Under the pieces are notes generated by a model. It did not search any database. It saw nothing but the letters and a program-made list of their open reading frames with translations, and was not told the DNA's origin. A stretch of DNA of 64,000 nucleotides from Ruditapes philippinarum (lineage: Eukaryota), in assembly GCF_026571515.1 (NCBI RefSeq), contig NW_026867313.1, forward strand, positions 248,001 through 312,000. Direction: 5' to 3'. Shown piece after piece: positions 61,176 to 64,000 of this stretch. Position numbers and translations under genes: made by a program. How positions within the stretch are numbered: the stretch's first letter is position 1; each line of letters starts with the position of its first letter.

Positions 61176-62629
61176 TTACGCAATCTTTTGTTTCTCACGA
61201 TCGCAACTTTTCGGCCATTTCCGCTAGTCTTCGGATAAGGACCTCAAACACAATAGAGTGAATACACAGAACGGATACAGTAATTCGGTGTAATCATCGC
61301 TAAGAAGCTTAATATAAAAACAAATAGTAATTAAATGCCGGGAGTTGTTGACACATTTATTTTCATTATACCAAGTAAAAGTCCACCTTAAATAAGTGAA
61401 TTTATAGATACAAAAGCAAACAATATATTATATATATATTATTATGGTTGTAGAAACCGAAAGTACAGAATGCCAACTTGTTGATATTAAGTCGGATTTT
61501 TTTAAAATTGTAAATCTAAAACGGTTGTCAGGCATATTTTCAATCATAAATGTACCGAAACAGACGTTATTTTCCTTTGGACATTCGTTTTACATTATAG
61601 AAGTTTCTGTTTACATCTGAAATTCTGGAAACAAAGTGATCCGTTGGAAGCATTTATCACAACAAAATAACATAAGAATTGCAGACTCGGTTTGATTGAG
61701 TCTGTACATGAGGGATAATGAATAAGTGCAACACGTGGTAGAACTACTTTCAATCCGTATTAACTCCGAGGTCATTATAGTTAATAGCCGAGGACGTTCC
61801 GTAAGGCATACACAATTTACATTAGAAGGTGAAAATAATCGGTAGTTTCAAGTGTGATCAAGACAATGCATACATGTATATATAGTGATTCGATGTACGT
61901 AAGTCTCATGTCAAAATGTGACTTTCATAAGTACACAAAGTTTCAAAACCAAAGTGTGAAGAAGTTGTATAATCGAGATCAATTGTGTTAATCGTATACA
62001 TGTACATATCGAGATTATCTTATGAGTGAAAAAATAATAATGATTATTTGTGTTATTTGTATTTTGGATACATCGTATTTAAAGTTGAAAATTAAACCAC
62101 TCTTTTGACATGCATCAAACTGTTGTGTAGCACTGCAAATGTAATAATTAACACGTTCTGTGTCAACGTTATTTTATTTCATATCTACCATTGTTCGAAT
62201 AGTTGTGTACTGTAAATAAATCATCAATATCCATTCTGTTAGTTTCATATGTTTTCTTTATGGAATTGTTGTTGTGCAATTGCTTATAAACTAATGGTCT
62301 AATATTTTTTCATAAGTCATATTTGTACCTTTAAGGTATGGTATACTATCCATTATAACGCATGGCAACATTATTTAGGCGACACTTGAGTCGTAAGATT
62401 ATTCTATGAACAAGAAGTATTGTTAACTGTAGCATGAAATTATTTAACAAATGTAGATATTTTAATTATCATGTTCTTATTGTGTTTAATCAAGGTAAAT
62501 AAAGATATATATCCGAAGTTATATATTATTTTGAGTTCTACTTGCCTTTCATTGATTTTTTCATATGTACTTCTCTCTTAAATATTCTACATGAAGAAAA
62601 GAACAAATATGCTATATGTTGAATATATG

Positions 62630-63701
62630 ATTGATATTGAATGCCTGTGCACGGACGACCCAGGGTAATTCTGGGATCATATAAAAAATCTTGATCCAAA
62701 AAGGTCTATACCTATGAAAGGTTATGATGCAGAAAGAAATGTGATTAAAGACTGTGATTTTGTTTTTTTAATAAATTGTCAAGTGATTTTGAAAGTCTTT
62801 ATAACCAATGAAAATTTTGACAAGGCATTTTACGAGCAGATTATAAACGGGACGAGTTTCTAAGTAGACCGATTGTTTGCCCCCCTTTCTGTAAAAAAAA
62901 CCGCTCTTGAATTTCCCTATACAACTGAAATAGAAAAAATCGTTAAAAGTGCGAAAAATGGGAAAAGTGCGGGGTACGATAAATTACCTTATGAAGTTTT
63001 AAAGTTTCCCATCATAATCGATTTTTGTTATCATTGTTTAGTTTTTACTTTGAAACAGGAACTATCCCAAGTATATGGCGAAAAGCATTAATTGCCCCGA
63101 TACCATATGACAATACCAAAGACAAACGTGCACCACTAAACTATAATTTTCCGTTGTTAGCAAATTGTATTCAACGTTATTAAATAACAGATTAAAATAT
63201 ACTTCGAAGAGCAAAATTTATATTCTGATGAACAAAACGGTTTCTGTTCTAAAAGGTAATGTGTGGAACATGTATATACAGCTTGCATCATTATTACAGA
63301 AAGCAAGTGACTTTGTTAAAAGAAGTATACTTTTATACAAACTTCTGTCATATATCTTATGTCTTCCTTAACGAAAGTAGAGCGGTCGCATTTGGCGCAA
63401 TTAAGATGTGGTATTATTCTGCTCAAACTGGAAACCGTATGATACGTTGGATTACGCGTTGATGAAAGAATACGCACTCCTTGTACTGACAATGTTATTG
63501 AGGATGAAACTAACTTTTTATTGAAATGCTCTAGGTACAACGTTTTACGTGTTAATCTCATTATCAAATGTAAAGAGAATAGCTGTGACTTTGACAATAT
63601 GTCTGATATTAAAAAAACTAAAATACTTGATAAAATATCAATATGTTAGTGCTGCAAAGTTTATTGTTGAAAGTATGAAAAGAAGAAAGTTGCATCTTTA
63701 A
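62630..63701 (+). mobile_element. Old, internally deleted LINE ORF2 remnant
   Basis: Frameshifted motifs KNGKSAGYDKLPYEVLK, PLNY, DEQNGF, AQLRCGI and EDE..FLLKC. Confidence 0.7.
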
Positions 63702-64000
63702 AAATGAACTGGTGGTATTACATAATGACAATTTACTTGCATGTATTTAATCATGTAAATTATTATATGAACCATCTCCAGAATAATTTGAAAATAACAA
63801 GAAATAAAACTATATCTTAACATTGTATACAATTTCTGGCCTTAAAATTTTGATATGCTTTGGGAGTCGTCGGTTCGATTCTAGGACAAGGTGAAGTTTT
63901 TGCATGCCCATTCATTTTGGACATTGGGTCTAGTGGTCAGATTATTGTATTGTAACATGGCCAGTAATTGACCGCAAAAAACTGCAGGGAAAACAATAAG

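Larger units (their letters stand above)
34270..64000 (+). repeat. Tandem segmental duplication, three or more units each carrying a TRIM-like gene
   Basis: Paralogous blocks: 34270-36890 with 52150-54710; 36158-36890 with 45705-46430; 46470-47660 with 56345-58370; 44710-45690 with 62215-63190; 51365-51505 with 63860-64000; plus TRIM ORFs and proximal flanks in triplicate. Confidence 0.9.

Overview
AT-rich, intron-containing animal DNA, most likely from a bivalve mollusc (inferred from the repeat types and the expanded B-box gene family, not proven). The left half holds a head-to-head gene pair. On - is the 5' part of a DMTF1-like Myb gene (5 coding exons, runs off the window start). On + is a complete 10-exon SUCLG2 (GDP-forming succinyl-CoA ligase beta subunit, 429 aa). 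Their introns and flanks contain Helentron/HINE-type satellite-carrying elements, a decayed Tc1, fold-back MITEs, SINEs and a 38-39 bp minisatellite. The middle holds a compact 4-exon, divergent Q50 PRD-class homeobox gene on -, with a TATA/Inr promoter. The right half is a tandem segmental duplication with three intronless RING-less TRIM-like genes (B-box/B-box/coiled-coil/beta-propeller): two intact and one truncated. Each unit has private TE insertions (solo LTR, LINEs, MITEs), and the array probably continues past the window end. The best leads are the unclassified homeobox gene, the clustered TTGACACGA motif it shares with the intact TRIM promoters, and the variable propeller loops of the TRIM paralogues. 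All exon models and alignments were made by eye.
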